NCBI RefSeq assembly: GCF_001194135.2
Contig: NC_068992.1
Span: 1,004,928-1,045,796 of the forward strand
Source: Octopus bimaculoides
Taxonomy: Eukaryota
DNA length: 40,869 bases
Direction: 5' to 3'
Part shown: positions 36,750 to 40,869 of the stretch, piece by piece
Numbering within the stretch: the first letter of the stretch is position 1
Layout of the letters: every line of letters starts with the position of its first letter
Translations under genes and position numbers: made by a program
The notes under the pieces: generated by a model
The model's input: the letters and a program-made list of their open reading frames with translations, nothing else
What the model was told of the DNA's origin: nothing
Databases searched by the model: none

Positions 36750-38950
36750 GAAAAAGTGCTTATATCCCATTTTTTCGATATCGTCTTTTGTTATTTGCGA
36801 TATTATTGCTGTGATAATGTTTATGATTGTTAGAGGGCAGTTTAGGAGATTAATGGTTCGTTGGCTTCGCAGATTAAGACAGCCTTTCTTTTCTTGTGCT
36901 TCCCATGTGTTCTTTTGTAAGTGCTTTGTGGAAAATTTCACGAAGACGTTTGAAACTTTATTATAACCGGAACTTTCCTCTTTGTTTATATTGCGTAGTA
37001 TCTCGGTTACTAGTAAAATATTGCTTATTCTTTTTGTTCTCTGGTTGCGTTGTTTTTGTTTTGTTTGTTTTTCATTTTAATATCATCGTTTGTGGTGATC
37101 CATCCATTATACATACTCTTGACGCAACATATTCTCCTTCAATTGCTTCTGGAGTTGCTCTGACTTTTTATATGCTTTTACCTACTTACAGAAAAATCCG
37201 CATTTGGTTGGAGACGTTCTGTTTGTTCAAAGAACAATCTTTGTGATATAGCAAGCATCTTTTATTCTTGGGTGTTTTTTTTGTTTTTTCGGGTACTTCA
37301 TTTATATTTTGTATTTCTGTAGTATTTGTCTCTGTGGTTTTATTTCATATCTTTTCTTTTCGTTTTCGATCTCATTAAGGAAACTGGAATCTGACATTTT
37401 TTTTCAGTCTTTCTTTTTACGATTGTGTTCTTGGCTTCAGAAGTTAGGAGCTTGAGGAAGTAATCACGTTCCTTTGTGGCTCTTGTGACTGCTGAATAGG
37501 TTATTTCAATAAGGAATTATAAATGTTCATATCTATTCACGGCATGTCGATGATGAAAAACATTCGGCTTTTTATTACCTATGTCATAATTACATTTTAT
37601 CTTTGCATGAGACGGTTTTAATTGTTGCATAAGGAAGATATTGGTATTTATTTTTATTGTTTGATTAGGTTACATCTAATTTCAGGGATTATTATTTGGA
37701 TATTTACTAGTTTCCTTTTTTTTTTTGTATGTTTACAAAATCATTATTTATTCATTTCGTCTGTTCGTTATTTGACGCGTGCTATATTACTCACGACAGG
37801 ATATATTTCTAATAATGCTATCTTTTCATAATTTGTCTATTTGAACTGATGATAATGTTAAATTGCAGTTAACTCTACAGATTGGGGTCATGGATAATCC
37901 CCATATGTTACACCAGTGTGTTTTTGTATTTAGCATTTTGGAGCCGATATTTACAGCGTCATCGGAATCTAGTTTAGCATTTCCAGCAATAGAGATTTTA
38001 TGTCCCCAAGTTTCAAAATGTTTAGTGTACGATTCAACACGTAATCTACTATTGAATACTATTGATCGCATTTGTACTTTGAGTCAATAATTAAACAAAA
38101 AACAACAACGAAGATGTCAAGAGTTGCTTTTGTTTCAGTTTTGTAAATGCTCTCTGTGTTGCCAGTCGGCAATACAAACGCTAGAAATATATAATTGATA
38201 TAATGCAAAGATCAATATAATTAAAATAAAATATCATATTACTTACAAATGTATCTGCCAACATTTCCGTCAATTGTTTTATATACTCTGCATTGTTATT
38301 TCAGGATATTATTCCAAGCAGTTTAGTAGCACGCACGTTATTGAAACTGATGGTAATTGTTTGTATATATTGAGAGAGGTGAGATATTTTCCTATTGTCT
38401 AAATACTGTGAATCTTCTCATCGTTTTTGTTTCGTTCGTTCATGACTTTTTGAACATGTTCTGTTGCAATTTTGTTATTTTTATTATATCAAAATCATTC
38501 TACCGTAACATGTTCTCTGTGCCTATTCGCACTGTTTTTGCATTTTATGCATATATGTAATTTCTGCAGATTATATAGGCGTCTGTATGTTGTTTGATCA
38601 TACCCAACGTTACTATTGTTAAAGAGATTGTTTTGGCCTTCATGTATCATATTCAGATTATCTCTATCTGGAGGTGCTTGATATTCAGGTGATTTCACCG
38701 TGTCATTCAGCGATATGTTAAACTTTTGGGACTGATGTATCGGTAAAAGACATTTCTTTTCTTGCTGTATTTTCATATCCCACCCAATCGTTGCTTTGCT
38801 AGTCAGCAGGATCGTTTTCTGGTATGTGACAATAACATCTTCATTCTGCTGGTATTTTAAAATACTTCCGGTGTATTTAAATCTCAAATATCTAATGAGG
38901 GCCGGTGTTCTTATCTCGGCATTAAATGAACAGGCAGATCAAACGTTTCT
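36750..38950 (-). mobile_element. Heavily decayed R4/Dong-like pre-RT and RT fragments
   Basis: Minus-strand traces KSP..PD (~38700), W.T-like and GVTYGDY.P (~38000-37890, for GI.QGDSLSP) and YQYL (~37640); alignments are weak and by eye only. Confidence 0.4.
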
Positions 38951-38999
38951 TCCCTATCTCCACATATTATGAATTTATTTACTATATTCTACTTCCTTA

Positions 39000-39620
39000 T
39001 ATCCTACAGAGAATAGTGGTTGTCTTACAATCAAATACCATTAAATCTCTGCTTAAAGTCTCGCAATTTTTTGCCAGTGTTGTGATTTCTCATTGCCTGT
39101 TTCCATTCTCTTCAGCTTTTTCCAGTATTGACCACATAAGGACTTAATGTGTATTTTTCTATCAACAGAATCGGCAGCCCTATTGTAATTTAGGATTTTG
39201 CAGCTTACGATATCAATTAGTTCTACATTTTCTTCATAATTTATTTTTTCCGCCTCTGCCGAGAAACTGTTGCTTTACTTAAAGACAGAAAGCAGATTGT
39301 TTTCTTCCACGTTTCCTCGTTTATATATATACTTGTCATGATTCAATACTAGATATATCTGTATTCATGCAGCATAGTTTTGTTATTGCTTACTACTTGC
39401 ATAAGGTACTGAGCGAGTATTTTGTGATCGCGGATCTGCATTCATTCTATATTCAAAATATTTTCTTGCTCTGAATAGCTTAATCACTTTCTTCAGTATT
39501 AGATTAAGAAAATTGTAACTGTAAATTATTACGGGTACAACTAAAGCATTCCTGTCTTTATTTTCTGCAGTTAGTTCTATTTTAGTTGTTAATCAGTGAT
39601 TATAACATTCCTACCAAGTC
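39000..39620 (-). mobile_element. Old R4/Dong copy, thumb to post-RT region
   Basis: Minus strand IELTAENKDRNALVVPVIIYSYNF (thumb motif ELN..NK..AIN..AVPV..YS). The stretch aagtccttatggtcaatactggaaaag..gagaaatcacaacactgg..gactttaagcagaga aligns to 16231-16330 of the young copy. Confidence 0.75.
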
Positions 39621-39899
39621 TGTCTTTGATTTGTTTTTTTTTTTGTATTCTGTACTGTCCAGTTTATACAACTCGGCACCTGATGTGACTAGTCCATGTC
39701 ACATAACATGTATGTTGGGCGTAATCGGATGGGCCAGTTAATTTGATTGGGGTTCAGATTGGCTTAGATCTCTGAGTGAACAAAGTTATGCACGAGATGA
39801 CAAACAGGGTGGCCACTTTTACTCAGAAATGGGATAACTGGGAGCTGACCAGCGAAATATTCAAGCGGGATTTGGGTGACGAAGACAAACATGAACAAC

Positions 39900-40580
39900 A
39901 TTTTGGCTTGTTTAGAAAAAGCAATTTCAATAGAGTCGATAATCTTTAAAAATATCAGTGATAAAAGAAACTATATCAGACGGAGACTTTAGTAGCACTT
40001 TAGAATACACTTGAAATTTTTAACATGTGTAGATTCTCCGTACCAAACGGGAACTTAGCAGTGGTATGTCAAGAAAATTTCTGCTTCGCTGCCATACGAT
40101 GTTATGGACGAAATAGAAAAGGAAATTACAACTAAAATTCAAGTGTGCACTCTATGTTGAAGCCGAAAGAAATCCGATGCAGTCTGGCATAATTGATCAT
40201 TAGAATAATTGAAAGGGTGGGGTGAATTTTTCTCAGTTAGACATGAAACCTGACGAACGCTTCAATAAGCATCCTAACAACAACAACAATTTTTATTATT
40301 CCTACATGGATAATTTTCGACCTATATGTCTGCTAAAAGCAAAGTTCCACAGGAACTGTGGAAAAGATTGGGTGGCTTGCTATATTGAAGAAAACGGCCA
40401 TATATATACGCTGAATAATAAGCGATCGAAAGCAAGCTGAAAAATATTACATACGACAAAAAGGTTGAGCATCACAATTTCTATTTCCTGCTAAAACCAT
40501 TTTCGATATCGATTGCTTTTCTGAGATTAGCGGAAGAGACCACTTCATTCAGAGTAACAGAATCCGTTGAGTAGGCGGTT
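39900..40580 (+). mobile_element. Decayed L1/Tx1-like LINE reverse-transcriptase relic
   Basis: MDNFRPICLLKAK (ORF 40222-40440) matches the N.RPI.LL motif at the start of LINE RT; the rest is broken. Confidence 0.5.
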
Positions 40581-40813
40581 CCGCTTCCGGTCACAACATT
40601 ATTATTATACTAACAAGGAGAATATTTAGTACGGATGGTGGGGAAGGGGTACAGTACAGACTTTGTCAATTGGTAAATGTATCGGAAAGATTCCGTTCAA
40701 GCATAGTAAACAATCTCTTTAAAACATGAAGTCTCGATCACTAGACATCATCAAAACGAGTCCTTTAAATATTTAAAGTTGACACTCTGCGGAGCGGAGT
40801 CATAATGTCATTA

Positions 40814-40814
<1 letters not shown>

Positions 40815-40869
<55 letters not shown>
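40815..40869. repeat. (TC)n microsatellite
   Basis: Directly visible. Confidence 0.97.

Overview
This is AT-rich, microsatellite-dense eukaryotic genomic DNA with six N-gaps. The SINE types and repeat texture resemble an octopus/cephalopod draft assembly; that is recognition from memory, not a database result. Nothing looks prokaryotic: no operons, CRISPR array, rRNA or true tRNA. Almost all ORFs in the supplied track are microsatellite or gap artefacts. No host protein-coding gene can be called with confidence; there is one plausible isolated 66-nt exon (29326-29391) and one possible spliced micro-ORF (4161-4580). The window is mainly a transposon graveyard. It holds several restriction-like-endonuclease (REL) non-LTR retrotransposon fragments of the R4/Dong type and of different ages, clustered around (AAT)n/(GAT)n tracts. 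It also holds relics of Tc1/mariner, hAT and L1/Tx1-type elements, three tRNA-derived SINE families, Penelope-like terminal fragments and a ~510-bp foldback structure. The best-supported biology is a train of R4/Dong pieces at about 13-19.5 kb, consistent with microsatellite-targeted insertion. I do not see a convincing novel gene system.
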